DNA from: a virus
Lineage: Duplodnaviria; Caudoviricetes
IMG/VR virus record: IMGVR_UViG_3300021976_000013
Coordinates: 1 to 61,935 of that record
Length of the DNA: 61,935 bases
Reading direction: 5' to 3' (one strand)
Positions 20,287 through 29,731 of the stretch are shown here, piece after piece. The position numbers and the translations under genes are program-made. Each line of letters opens with the position of its first letter. Position 1 is the first letter of the stretch. Under the pieces are notes generated by a model that searched no databases, had not been told where the DNA came from, and worked only from the letters and a program-made list of their open reading frames with translations.

Positions 20287-20300
20287 GAAGGATCATCCTC

Positions 20301-20498
20301 ATGTGGCTTGCCACAGTCAAAAAGGCTCTCGCGGGCGCAATCGCGGCCGGGCTCGCTGCGCTCGGCACGTCGGTAGCTGACGGAGTCGTCACCGGTGCTG
20401 AGTGGGGCATCGTGTTCGCGGCCGTAGTCGGCGGATTCGCGGTCGTCTATCTCACCCCGAAGAACACGAACGACTCGACGGCGGGCCGACGGCTCTAG
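20301..20498 (+). CDS. holin (2 TM)
   Basis: KA..GA...DG.VT..EW...VY.TP.N pattern directly after the endolysin. Confidence 0.75.
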   Translation: MWLATVKKALAGAIAAGLAALGTSVADGVVTGAEWGIVFAAVVGGFAVVYLTPKNTNDSTAGRRL

Positions 20499-20501
20499 GG
20501 G

Positions 20502-20537
20502 TTTGTCAGTAGGTCAAGGTCGTGAGATGATCGGTAC
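20502..20537 (+). promoter_or_regulatory. leaderless promoter with overlapping 17-bp operator
   Basis: TTGTCA-17-GATGAT-6-ATG; operator TTTGTC-AGTAG-GTCAAG. Confidence 0.65.
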
Positions 20538-20777
20538 ATGACTATGACCCGCATGACTAACGATGAGTTCGGCGACAAGGTGGGTTGCGACTTCACCATG
20601 GCGTCTCGACTCAAGAACGGTCAGCGGCTACCGTCTCGGGAACTTCTGGAGCGGATCGTGGAAGCGTACGATCTTGACGCGAACGAAGCTCTTGCGGCCA
20701 CCCGAGCCGGTAGAGCCGCATTCAAGGAATACCTTCGGGCGAACGTGTTCGAGGCTTCCACACGAACGGACCCCTGA
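20538..20777 (+). CDS. XRE-family HTH regulator (candidate repressor/Cro)
   Basis: EFGDKVGC....SRL.NGQR.PS...L..I HTH; operator on its own promoter. Confidence 0.85.
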   Translation: MTMTRMTNDEFGDKVGCDFTMASRLKNGQRLPSRELLERIVEAYDLDANEALAATRAGRAAFKEYLRANVFEASTRTDP

Positions 20778-20789
20778 TCCCTTCTAGCT

Positions 20790-20828
20790 GAAACCCCTTC
20801 CGGTTACATGGGGACCGGGAGGGGTTTC
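20790..20828 (+). terminator. intrinsic terminator
   Basis: GAAACCCCTTCCGGT...ACCGGGAGGGGTTTC. Confidence 0.7.
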
Positions 20829-20890
20829 TTGACGTCTGGTCAAGGCAGTGAGATCATATGAGGAGGTCAACACGAAGGGAGGGTGATCAT

Positions 20891-21439
20891 ATGTCACGCG
20901 CGTTGGTCTTCTATCTCGATCTTCCGAAGGACGACAAGCGGATGCCCGCTTGCCGTGATATGGATCCGGGGATCTTCGTGGGTCCGGACGGCGAGGCCAA
21001 CTCCGATCGCGAATTTCGCGAGACGGAAGCCAAGCTCGTTTGCGTTGGGTGTCCGTTGCGCGAAGAGTGTCTATCGTGGGCTGTAGATCTTAAAGAGGTT
21101 GGGATCTGGGGCGGCACGAACGACGAAGAGCGGAAGGTGATCCGCGACTCGGATCCGAATCGTCCGCTCAGAACGCAGTCTCGCGTTCGACTTGAACGCG
21201 AGCGGACAGCTTGGGTGCTCGCGACCGAAGAGGGACTCACCCGGATCGAGATCGCGAAGCGGCTCGGCGTCACCGAACCGACTGTGTCCGAGTACATGAG
21301 GTCTCAGAAGCGGAAAGTGGATCAGAATGTCCAAGCAGACCAAGATCCAGATCAGGCATCGGCCGACGAAGCGGGACACGAGTCTAGATCTTCGGACTCC
21401 GTCCGGGAGTCGGCGACTGCCGTACTAGGGGCAGCATGA
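20891..21439 (+). CDS. whiB: WhiB-family Fe-S transcription factor fused to a C-terminal HTH
   Basis: C-x(n)-CxxC-x5-C with GIWGG turn; GLT..EIA.RLGV...TV HTH. Confidence 0.9.
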   Translation: MSRALVFYLDLPKDDKRMPACRDMDPGIFVGPDGEANSDREFRETEAKLVCVGCPLREECLSWAVDLKEVGIWGGTNDEERKVIRDSDPNRPLRTQSRVRLERERTAWVLATEEGLTRIEIAKRLGVTEPTVSEYMRSQKRKVDQNVQADQDPDQASADEAGHESRSSDSVRESATAVLGAA

Positions 21440-21678
21440 GCAACTTCCATGGGAACGGGAGTGACATCTCGCACGATGAGATCATTCCTCCCAGCAGAGC
21501 CGGTACCAAGATCGGAACTTCTGGTGAGTCGGATTACCCGTTCCTCACCGAAGAAGAGATCATCGAGCGCATGCTTGCTTGGATAGATCATCTCAAGCGG
21601 CACGCGGGTACTATGCGGCTCGGCGTGATCACCGACAAGGAAGAGCAAGATCTCTTGAGCATGCTCTTGGATCTCTGA
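21436..21678 (+). CDS. hypothetical protein
   Basis: ATGA coupling. Confidence 0.55.
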   Translation: MSNFHGNGSDISHDEIIPPSRAGTKIGTSGESDYPFLTEEEIIERMLAWIDHLKRHAGTMRLGVITDKEEQDLLSMLLDL

Positions 21679-21810
21679 CTCTTAAGAGCCAAGCGTCCTC
21701 TTGCCTTAGGCGGGGGGACGCTTGCTATTTGACAGGGTGGCAAGCTGTCGAGTACCGTTCGGAGTAAGAAGATCGACTAGCGAAATACCAGGTCAGGTAG
21801 GATAAACCCC

Positions 21811-22185
21811 ATGAAGATCACCCTCACTCTCGCAACGGTCCTGACGGCTCTGGCACTTGCCGGATGTGGCGCTTCCGAGCCCGTCAACGCGGCGCAGACA
21901 AGATCAGTGACCCCCGTCGGTGCCGTGGTCCCGAATGCGTGTCTTCAGGCACTCAACCACGCGGACGACGTCAAGTCGCTGTCCAGTGGTTTCGCTGATC
22001 AAGTCGTCAAAGAGAACACAGCTCTGCACGCGTGGCTGACCGGACAGATCACCGAGACGGAGCTAGCCGACACGCTCGACGGCTACACGACCACCGTTGA
22101 TCAGATAGCCAGCGACATGGGTCCGGCAGTGACTCAGTACAACGCGACCAGCGCGGAATGCCGCAAGCTGTCCAACGCGCGATAG
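21811..22185 (+). CDS. lipoprotein
   Basis: Signal peptide with LAGC lipobox; upstream promoter TTGACA-18-TACCGT. Confidence 0.8.
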   Translation: MKITLTLATVLTALALAGCGASEPVNAAQTRSVTPVGAVVPNACLQALNHADDVKSLSSGFADQVVKENTALHAWLTGQITETELADTLDGYTTTVDQIASDMGPAVTQYNATSAECRKLSNAR

Positions 22186-22198
22186 TTCAAGATCTAAC

Positions 22199-22226
22199 AG
22201 CCCTGGTCGGCCGACCAGGGCTTTTT
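22199..22226 (+). terminator. intrinsic terminator
   Basis: AGCCCTGGTC-GGCC-GACCAGGGCT plus TTTT; a related hairpin lies near 35758. Confidence 0.8.
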
Positions 22227-22233
22227 CATGGGC

Positions 22234-22345
22234 AGGGTCGGACCCCACATGCCCCTGGACGGCTCTGAGAGCCACGCTAACAAGATCCACCCCCGTCTGG
22301 TCACCCGGCTATCAACCCTGTCGAGATAGAGCCCTGACGACCCCT
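22234..22345 (-). repeat. dispersed ~100-bp element, copy B
   Basis: Reverse complement closely matches 42134-42245. Confidence 0.85.
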
Positions 22346-22445
22346 TGCAGCGCGATCGTTTTCAGGATGATCAGCTCTTAGCCGCTTTGACGTACCGGCA
22401 AGCAGGGTAGAGACTGGACAAGAGGGCCGAGAGTCGGAGAAGATC

Positions 22446-22685
22446 ATGAAATCAGCCACAGAGGTGTTTGTGTGGGCCTGGTCGGCAGACAAGGGGAACG
22501 AGCGGATAGCCTTCCCCAACGCGACCGAAGCATGGGGGTTCTGCGCGGATCATCCGAACGATTGGATTCGGATCGAGCAGGTCGAAACCACCGTGATCTT
22601 CGACAAGCAAGATCCTCTCGGACTCGATCTAGGTCAGCCAGAACCGATCATCAAGAAAGGGAATCATGGATCAGAACGATCATGA
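22446..22685 (+). CDS. hypothetical protein
   Basis: RBS GGAG; promoter/operator at 22386. Confidence 0.6.
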   Translation: MKSATEVFVWAWSADKGNERIAFPNATEAWGFCADHPNDWIRIEQVETTVIFDKQDPLGLDLGQPEPIIKKGNHGSERS

Positions 22686-23037
22686 GCCGACCGAGCCGGA
22701 GATCGCAGAGTACGACGCGATGGATCCGCACCGAAGGATCTGCTATCACGGGCTGTCCCTCTTCGGCGTCGTCGCAGGCAACGGCCAACACCTGATGGCC
22801 ATGCGGCTCTTCGGCCACCCGTGGGAGCGCGACGAAGATGATCCGGACGTCGGACCAGCCGACGATATCAGCGAATACGTGATGGACGCTCGGGACTGTG
22901 CGGAGCTGATCAACGGGCTCACTCACGGGTACCGGCAGATGGCTGCAGAAGATCGGGCTCGGATCGGCGAGGACAACCCGGAAGCGGCCAAGCTGCTAGA
23001 GATGATCTCCGAGAGCCAGCAAGGCACGCTCAACTGA
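22666..23037 (+). CDS. hypothetical protein
   Basis: RBS AAAGGG; acidic protein. Confidence 0.65.
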   Translation: MDQNDHEPTEPEIAEYDAMDPHRRICYHGLSLFGVVAGNGQHLMAMRLFGHPWERDEDDPDVGPADDISEYVMDARDCAELINGLTHGYRQMAAEDRARIGEDNPEAAKLLEMISESQQGTLN

Positions 23038-23058
23038 TCTAGAAAGGCGACAACAGCC

Positions 23059-23406
23059 ATGGATCCCATCAAATTGGATCTCATGGACTACCTCAATCAG
23101 CGATCCGTATGGATCAAGGTTGACGGTAATCCGGAAAAGATCTCAGGCATGGAACCGTTGCACCGACGGAACGCGGCGCGATGGATGATCAAGAACGCGA
23201 CCCTACTCTTGATCAACTACCAGTTGGTAGAGATGCGGCGTACGGCGCAATGGGCAGAGTCGGCAGGCAACGGAACGGACCTTCGTCGAACGCTGGCCAA
23301 CATCAGTCGGCCGGAGCAGTGGATCAAGGGCACGACGCTGTTCCTCGCACTCACCGACGGAGATGATCTCGCTTCCGGGTACGCGCTCCCACGAGCGCAC
23401 CAATGA
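23059..23406 (+). CDS. hypothetical protein
   Basis: RBS; L.Q...W....G....I..M...H..N...W pattern. Confidence 0.7.
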   Translation: MDPIKLDLMDYLNQRSVWIKVDGNPEKISGMEPLHRRNAARWMIKNATLLLINYQLVEMRRTAQWAESAGNGTDLRRTLANISRPEQWIKGTTLFLALTDGDDLASGYALPRAHQ

Positions 23407-23452
23407 TCAGGTAGGGTTGATCCCGAGGGTGTGATCCCACGGGAGGGAACAC

Positions 23453-23493
23453 GAAAGAGCCGATGGAACCGTTTGGGTTCCATCGGCTCTTTC
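23453..23493. terminator. bidirectional terminator between convergent operons
   Basis: Perfect 18-bp stem GAAAGAGCCGATGGAACC / GGTTCCATCGGCTCTTTC. Confidence 0.7.
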
Positions 23494-23631
23494 CGTTGTA
23501 GTCGGGGCTGTTGCTCAAGTCCCCGCTTGACCCGATGCCACGTCCACCTGACGGAAGCACCGGCGCTTGGTCCCGGTCTGATCACCGGCAGTGTCCGCGC
23601 TACGGATACCAGTGATCAGACCGGCTCTTTA

Positions 23632-24216
23632 TCACTCGAAAGGATTGTCATCCTCTTCGGGAGCGTTGTCGTCGGCGGAAGTGTCGGCCGGAAGCTCCGA
23701 TGCCCACGTGGGCGGCTTGTCGGCCGGGTACCAAACCGCTTCGTACACCTTGGGCGCGGTCATGTTCTTGTTCGCTTTCTTGCCGTCCGAGACGTACTTG
23801 ATCGAACCGAACTGGTCGGCGTCGATCTTTCGGATACCAGCGGCTTTGCACGCATCCTTGACAGCGTCCATGAGCGAACCGGGGGCCTTGCGTCCCCTGA
23901 TGAAGATCCGACGCAAGCCGTCATCCTCACCGAATGCACGCTCAGCGTTGCTGACTCCCTCCCACTTGCGGAAGGTGGTCTGAACGGTGAGCACGGGGTC
24001 TAGCGCGGGCTGTGCTGACTTGGTCGTGGTGACCTTGCCATCGTTCCAGTACAGAAGATCCCCCTGCACGTATTTGTTGGCGGTCGCGTCGTACTTGACC
24101 TCTCGCCGATGCTGCGCGGTATGGGTCACGAGCCGGAACCGGACTTCAGTCCCCTTGGTGTCGAAGGACATCGCGGCGGCAGCGGATCCGAAAAGCAGGG
24201 AGTTGGCATCAGCCAT
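23632..24216 (-). CDS. ssDNA-binding protein (probable)
   Basis: Acidic C-terminal tail ending EEDDNPFE; next to exonuclease and helicase. Confidence 0.65.
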   Translation of the reverse strand: MADANSLLFGSAAAAMSFDTKGTEVRFRLVTHTAQHRREVKYDATANKYVQGDLLYWNDGKVTTTKSAQPALDPVLTVQTTFRKWEGVSNAERAFGEDDGLRRIFIRGRKAPGSLMDAVKDACKAAGIRKIDADQFGSIKYVSDGKKANKNMTAPKVYEAVWYPADKPPTWASELPADTSADDNAPEEDDNPFE

Positions 24217-24419
24217 GATCACTCCTAGTGATCTAGTTGTGGCGTGTTGTGGGTCCGGAGAGTGTCGTAACGCTGCGAAACGGTTGGATCACTCTCCGGA
24301 CGATCGAGCCGTCCGATCTTGCATGCCCCGTGGGGTCGGATCGAGCCCTGAATCAAGACCCGCCTACCGGAAGATCTCTAGGTTCCTCCGGGCAACTGCT
24401 TGACCTACAGGCAATGCTA

Positions 24420-25382
24420 TCACCTTGACCGGGGTCGGCGGGTGACGATTCCTTGATCCTTTCTCCATTCCCGGATCTTTACGCTGGCTTTGGCGTACTG
24501 CCAGCCCTTCCGTAGATCTACGTCGATGATCTCGGCCACGCCGGGCTGTGTGGCCGGGGTCCAGATCACCACACCAAGATCCTTGTCTACTTCCGGCATC
24601 TTGATCCATGTCCATGGTTCGGTGGATTGGTCGAGCATGTATTCAGCGTTCGCGTAGCACGCGAGCTGAACAGCAAGCGAGATGTGGCCGAAGTCCATGG
24701 ATGCCTGCGACTTGACGTCACCGATGCGCGGCACGCCATGATCCGTAACGATCCGGTCGAGCCGACCGGCGAGACCGAGCGACGGAATCGCGATCACCCG
24801 CTCGATCATGTTCGGGATCATCTTGATCTGTTCGGCTTTGATCAGCTCAGCGTACGCGTCGATCATGAGGGCGTCATCTTCGGTGATCGTATCCCTGTCG
24901 ATCATGTCTCCGGCGTCGATCACTTCCATCAGGGTGTGGAAGGCAGTGCCGACAGCCGCACCCTCATAACTCCCTGCTCCGTCCATGGCTTGATCAGCGA
25001 TGGCATTGATCAGGTCCTTGGTGCGCTTGGGCATGGGCGTTACCCGATGCTGATCAACGTGCTTGAGCATGCGCTCGGTGATCCCGTCCAGCAGTTCAGG
25101 CTTTCGCTTGATCCCGATCACTACCTGACGTCGCTTCCAAAGATCCAGGAAGTACGTATCGTCAAGCACCTTTCCGACCGTGGTTACCCGTGTCCAAGGC
25201 TGTACGCCACATACGCCGGGTATCGCGGGCAGGTTGGCATACCGTCCCCACCGGTCGTAATGGATCGCCTTAGGGTCCTCTTCAGGGACGTCGTACGCGT
25301 CTCCAAAGGGATTGTCGGACTCGGGAGACTCGGACGGCTTACCGGCCGGACCTAGCGCGGCCGACCCTGTGACTTCGCTCAT
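24420..25382 (-). CDS. PD-(D/E)XK exonuclease (RecB/Cas4-like)
   Basis: RVTT, GT..H, E......AGRLD......GDVK and QLA.Y motifs. Confidence 0.88.
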   Translation of the reverse strand: MSEVTGSAALGPAGKPSESPESDNPFGDAYDVPEEDPKAIHYDRWGRYANLPAIPGVCGVQPWTRVTTVGKVLDDTYFLDLWKRRQVVIGIKRKPELLDGITERMLKHVDQHRVTPMPKRTKDLINAIADQAMDGAGSYEGAAVGTAFHTLMEVIDAGDMIDRDTITEDDALMIDAYAELIKAEQIKMIPNMIERVIAIPSLGLAGRLDRIVTDHGVPRIGDVKSQASMDFGHISLAVQLACYANAEYMLDQSTEPWTWIKMPEVDKDLGVVIWTPATQPGVAEIIDVDLRKGWQYAKASVKIREWRKDQGIVTRRPRSR

Positions 25383-25621
25383 GTGATCTCCTGACTCGCG
25401 GCCGTTGACTCTTCAGTGTCAGTCCAGCATCCCGCGTTAGCGATCTCTTTCTCAACACAAGATCGGCATTCCCACCCGCCCATCCCGTCAGCGCGAATAG
25501 GATCACCGGAGTCGAACCGCTCACGGCCGCGAGCGCATTCACCGGACGCGCTGGCCGGTAGATACGGGCTCGGCAGGACCCACGAATTTCGTGGATCACC
25601 GGGCGCGAAATGGTTACTCAT
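25379..25621 (-). CDS. small Zn-finger protein, paralog of the next ORF
   Basis: A...ECA.G.E....G..IRADG.G..ECR.CVE; start uncertain (25621-25636). Confidence 0.6.
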   Translation of the reverse strand: MSNHFAPGDPRNSWVLPSPYLPASASGECARGRERFDSGDPIRADGMGGWECRSCVEKEIANAGCWTDTEESTAASQEIT

Positions 25622-25623
25622 GA

Positions 25624-25839
25624 TCATCCTCTCCACATGTGATCGTTATGCTGGCCAGGGTCGAGATCAAAGAGATCGCCATCGTCCTCCAAGATCGATT
25701 CGATCTGCTCTTCTACGCACTCCCGGCACTCGAATGATCCGTCTCCGTCGGCGCGAATCTCCGCACCTTCAGTGATCGTCTCACCACCGGCCGAGCACTC
25801 GCTCTCGAAACCGGCAGGGAACCATGGGCCGACACTCAT
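25624..25839 (-). CDS. small Zn-finger protein
   Basis: ECSAGGE...G.EIRADG.GSFECRECVE; RBS AAAGGA. Confidence 0.65.
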   Translation of the reverse strand: MSVGPWFPAGFESECSAGGETITEGAEIRADGDGSFECRECVEEQIESILEDDGDLFDLDPGQHNDHMWRG

Positions 25840-25897
25840 GATCGTTTCCTTTCGTGACGAAACCGGCTCGGGATCTTCCGAGCCGGTCTGTGATCTA

Positions 25898-27487
25898 TTA
25901 CGCGTTCTTCGGCAACTTGTGGTCCAGCCGACGAGACGCCACCCGCACCGTGATCAGATCCGAGAGCACTGCCTTGGTTGTATCAGTCGGCACCGGGATC
26001 CGCAGACGTTCGGCGTAGTCGAGCTGTGCGGGGCTCGGCGGCTGCTTGCGCTTGCGCCACGTCGCGCGGCGGTTGGTCAGCGTCTTCTGATCAAGAGCCT
26101 TGACCTCTTGCTCTGCCCATGCCATCGCGTCCGAGAGCTGAAGATCCTTCCGGATCCATGATCCGCCAGAGTCGCGAGTCGGGCAGATTCCGATGTGGAA
26201 CAGACCGGCATCACTGCCAGGCCAGAGGAACACGAGCCTGTCGGCGAGTGCCACGAACCACAGTCCGGCATCCGTCCGAAGCCACATGCTGACCGACTGG
26301 TGGAAGAGATCGACTTGGGTGTGATCCACGTAACCAGTGAGCGCGGGGTGTCCGGCTTTCTTGAGCCGACGGGCCGCACCGGTCAGCGTCTCGCCGGGCT
26401 CGACCTTGTCAACCCTCTTGCTGGACAGGTCGGCGAGGGTAGCAAGATCATGCTCTTCACTGGCACCAAGCACGTCCAGCACCAAGCAGTCGGTCTTACC
26501 AGGGAAGATCCGCAAGCCACGGCCAACCATCTGGACGTACAGAGCCGCTGACGTCGTCGGCCGGGCGATCACGACGCAGGAAGCGAAGGGAGCGTCATAG
26601 CCTTCGGTCAAGATCATGCAATTGGCGAGGACCTGAAGATCACCTTTCTCGAACCGCTTGAGGGTAAGTCGGCGATCTTCGTCGCTCATGCCATCCCATA
26701 CCGCGCCGGTCGAGATGCCTGCGGCGTTGAACGCATCGGCGAACGCGCGAGCGGCGGCCTTGGTCGGCGCGAACAAGATCCCCTGACGATCGCTGGCGTG
26801 CTTCACGTACGCGTCCGCGACGATCTTCTGTGCGTCAGCGTCCAGCATGAGATCGCTAAGGCTGGTAGCCGAGAGGTCGCCGCGCGTCCGCTTGACGTCC
26901 GCGAGGGACAGACCGTCCACCGTGACCTTGATCCCTTTGGGATCCACGAGCCATTCGGGGATCATGTCGAGAATGTCGATGTGCTGAACAACCTTCTGCC
27001 AGACGTCGCCAAGCGATAGCTTGTCCCCACGAACGAGAGTGGCCGAGAAACCGACGGCGGGAGTGCCGTGATCGTCGTAGCAGCCGAGCCCAGTCATGAT
27101 CTCTACGTACGACTTGGCGGCGGCGTGGTGCGCTTCGTCAACGATCACCAGGTTGATCTTCGGGAGCATGGCCAGGCGCATCGGGTTCCGGAGGGTCTGC
27201 ACGGATCCCACGATCACGTCATGCCCGACGTCGTTCCGGGCGGCCTTGACGATGCCGATCGAGAGGGCAGGCTTGATCGCGGTCAGCTTCGCGACTGCCT
27301 GGTTAACCAGCTCGTCACGGTGGACCAAGATCAAGGTTCCAGCGGTCGCCATGTGAGCAAAGATCACAGTCTTTCCGCCACCCGTGGGGATCACGACGGC
27401 CGGGCGCTGAACACCGGACAGGAGTGCGGCATGCACTCGCGTGATCGTCTCTTGCTGGTAGTCCCGGAGGGGAAGGCTGGAGATCAT
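25898..27487 (-). CDS. SF2 DEAD/DEAH-box helicase
   Basis: LRDYQ, PTGGGKT, DEAHH, SAT, LTEGYD and QMVGRGLR motifs. Confidence 0.95.
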   Translation of the reverse strand: MISSLPLRDYQQETITRVHAALLSGVQRPAVVIPTGGGKTVIFAHMATAGTLILVHRDELVNQAVAKLTAIKPALSIGIVKAARNDVGHDVIVGSVQTLRNPMRLAMLPKINLVIVDEAHHAAAKSYVEIMTGLGCYDDHGTPAVGFSATLVRGDKLSLGDVWQKVVQHIDILDMIPEWLVDPKGIKVTVDGLSLADVKRTRGDLSATSLSDLMLDADAQKIVADAYVKHASDRQGILFAPTKAAARAFADAFNAAGISTGAVWDGMSDEDRRLTLKRFEKGDLQVLANCMILTEGYDAPFASCVVIARPTTSAALYVQMVGRGLRIFPGKTDCLVLDVLGASEEHDLATLADLSSKRVDKVEPGETLTGAARRLKKAGHPALTGYVDHTQVDLFHQSVSMWLRTDAGLWFVALADRLVFLWPGSDAGLFHIGICPTRDSGGSWIRKDLQLSDAMAWAEQEVKALDQKTLTNRRATWRKRKQPPSPAQLDYAERLRIPVPTDTTKAVLSDLITVRVASRRLDHKLPKNA

Positions 27488-27620
27488 TTCTTGACCCTTT
27501 CGATTGGTTCTTGCTCCGATCCTATCACCCCTTGCCTAGTGGTCAAGGGTGTCCGCGAGGGTGTATGGTGGTATTCACCCCTAAGAACGGGGCTACCGAT
27601 CATCACCCCAACCCGAGAGG

Positions 27621-28601
27621 ATGATCATGTACGGAACGCTCAAGGTTCACCCGTTCGCGGACAAGTTTCCGCTGATCGAAGGCACCGAGCTGGACGAGCT
27701 GGCCGAAGACATCAAGGTCAACGGGCTCCGCGAGGCGATCTTGGTTTCCAACGACGGAACCACGATCATCGACGGCCGGAACCGCTACCGCGCTTGCGAG
27801 GTTGCCGGGGTCGAGCCCAAGATCAAGCCGCTCGCCAAGACGGTCAAAGAGTCTGACGTCATCGAGCTGATCATGTCGGTCAACGTCCAGCGGCGTCACC
27901 TTTCGCAGTCTCAGCGGGCCGTGCTCGGCACCGAGTACCTGGAGTTCACCGCGAAGATCGCGGCGGAAGCCAAGCTCGCTGGCCAGAAGAAAGGAGCGGC
28001 TACCACCAACGCCAAGGCGAACGGCAACGGCGACGGTGACGAGTCGGATGGCACGCAAGCGGACGGCGACAAGCCCAAGCGCAAGCGTGGCGTTCGCGCC
28101 ACCGACCAGGCGGGCAAGCTGGTCGGCACGTCGGGTCGTTCGGTCGCTCGCGCGGCTCGGGTGAAGGCAGTGGATCCCGATCTTGCCGACGACGTTCTCA
28201 AGGGCACCGTGACTCTCGCGGGCGCAGAGGACAAGGTCCGTCGGGCGACCGGTGGTGGCGCGAAGCGCAAGCCGCGCGTGGCCACCGACCGCAGCGAGAA
28301 GCCGCTTGAGGCTCGGGCTCTGTACGAGCTGAACGCGCGCATCGGCGGTCTTGCTCGGTTCATCGAAGACCACAACGGGCTCGGCGCGTCGGTCACTTCG
28401 GCAATCGCTGGAGAGGCCGTGTTCGGTCAGAACATGCGCGCTCTGCGAGTGGCGCTTCGGGATTTCCAGCAGGAGATCAGCGAGCGCGCGGCCGAAGGTA
28501 GCGAGAGCAAGACGGACGACGGTCAGCCGACCGGCACCGACGACCAGCCGACCGGCACCGAGCCGACCGGCGACGAGAACCCGGAGATCACGACCGCATG
28601 A
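27621..28601 (+). CDS. ParB/Srx N-terminal domain protein with HTH
   Basis: L.EDIK.NGL.E.I, IDGRNRYRAC (Arg patch), N.QRRHL and A...GTS...V.RA HTH. Confidence 0.85.
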   Translation: MIMYGTLKVHPFADKFPLIEGTELDELAEDIKVNGLREAILVSNDGTTIIDGRNRYRACEVAGVEPKIKPLAKTVKESDVIELIMSVNVQRRHLSQSQRAVLGTEYLEFTAKIAAEAKLAGQKKGAATTNAKANGNGDGDESDGTQADGDKPKRKRGVRATDQAGKLVGTSGRSVARAARVKAVDPDLADDVLKGTVTLAGAEDKVRRATGGGAKRKPRVATDRSEKPLEARALYELNARIGGLARFIEDHNGLGASVTSAIAGEAVFGQNMRALRVALRDFQQEISERAAEGSESKTDDGQPTGTDDQPTGTEPTGDENPEITTA

Positions 28602-29437
28602 CCGACGTGGGAATCACCCTCAAAGGAACCGAGCCGACATGGATCGCGCTCGGCAAGCTGATCGTAGATCAGCGCGTTCAACGGCAGGCGCTGAACATGG
28701 CGCACGTGTACAAGATCGCCGAAAGCTTCGATCCGGAAGCGTTCAAGCTGGTCGCGGTCAACTACCGGCCGAAGGATGAGATCTACGGCGACGGTTCGTA
28801 CGCGATCATGGACGGGGCTCACCGATGTGAGGCTCTCCGAGAGATCGGGTTCGGACCTGACCAGCTCGTGCCGTGCGACCTTCACAGCGGGCTCACGCTG
28901 GCCGAAGAGGCGGCGATGTTCGACGAGCTGAACCATGTCAAGGTCGTCGGTGCGGCCGACCGGTTCCGGGTGTCTGTGATGGCGGGCGACCCGCTGGCGA
29001 ACGAGATCGACAAGATCGTAACGGCGCTCGGCTGGAAGATCGGCCGGGCACACACCAAGGATCCGATGATCTCCTGTGTCACAGCTCTCAAGGCTGTGTA
29101 CAGCGGACCGACCGGCGACGAGCCGATGCCGGGTGTCCTGTACGACACGCTGAACACGATCACCCGAGCGTGGGGGCATGATCCTCGCGCTGTGCGGGGC
29201 TCGCTGGTATTGGGGCTCGGCAACCTGATCAGGCGGGATGCCACGAACAAGAACCTTGATCTTAAGGGGCTCGTCCCACGGCTGGCCGCTTACAAGGGCG
29301 GTTACGACGGGATCATAGGCACCGCTCGCGCGGTCGCTTCGGGATCGAAGAAGATCAACGACGCGGTTTCATTCGTGATCGCGGACGTCCACAACAAGGG
29401 CCGCCAGACCAGAAAGCTTGATCGCTGGCTGGTCTGA
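28598..29437 (+). CDS. ParB-like domain protein (DUF6551-like)
   Basis: L.VD..VQR, V..R, Y.IMDG.HR and EA..F..LN motifs; ATGA coupling. Confidence 0.75.
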   Translation: MTDVGITLKGTEPTWIALGKLIVDQRVQRQALNMAHVYKIAESFDPEAFKLVAVNYRPKDEIYGDGSYAIMDGAHRCEALREIGFGPDQLVPCDLHSGLTLAEEAAMFDELNHVKVVGAADRFRVSVMAGDPLANEIDKIVTALGWKIGRAHTKDPMISCVTALKAVYSGPTGDEPMPGVLYDTLNTITRAWGHDPRAVRGSLVLGLGNLIRRDATNKNLDLKGLVPRLAAYKGGYDGIIGTARAVASGSKKINDAVSFVIADVHNKGRQTRKLDRWLV

Positions 29438-29455
29438 TCATAGATCAAACTCATA

Positions 29456-29483
29456 CCGGGCTGACTCTTCGGAGTCAGCCCGG
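29456..29483 (+). terminator. UUCG-capped hairpin
   Basis: CCGGGCTGACTC-TTCG-GAGTCAGCCCGG. Confidence 0.6.
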
Positions 29484-29504
29484 ATCGGTATCGAAGGAAA
29501 AGAC

Positions 29505-29729
29505 ATGACCATGACTGCCGTGAAAGTCAAGAAATTCGATCACCGAAAGATCGGTGATCTTCGCCGCGCGCGTGGCTGGACTCAGGTTCAGCTCGCGGAT
29601 GAGTCGGGCATTCATATCGATTCGATCAGGGAGTACGAGCGCGGTCGGTCGTATCCGAGCGTGCCCCGGCTGCTGATCTTGGTTGAGGCTCTCGGCTGTC
29701 AAGTCGAAGATCTCACTACGGTGGCCTGA
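29505..29729 (+). CDS. XRE-family HTH protein
   Basis: LR..RGWTQ.QLA..SGI....I..YERG...P....L...LG. Confidence 0.9.
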   Translation: MTMTAVKVKKFDHRKIGDLRRARGWTQVQLADESGIHIDSIREYERGRSYPSVPRLLILVEALGCQVEDLTTVA

Positions 29730-29731
29730 TC

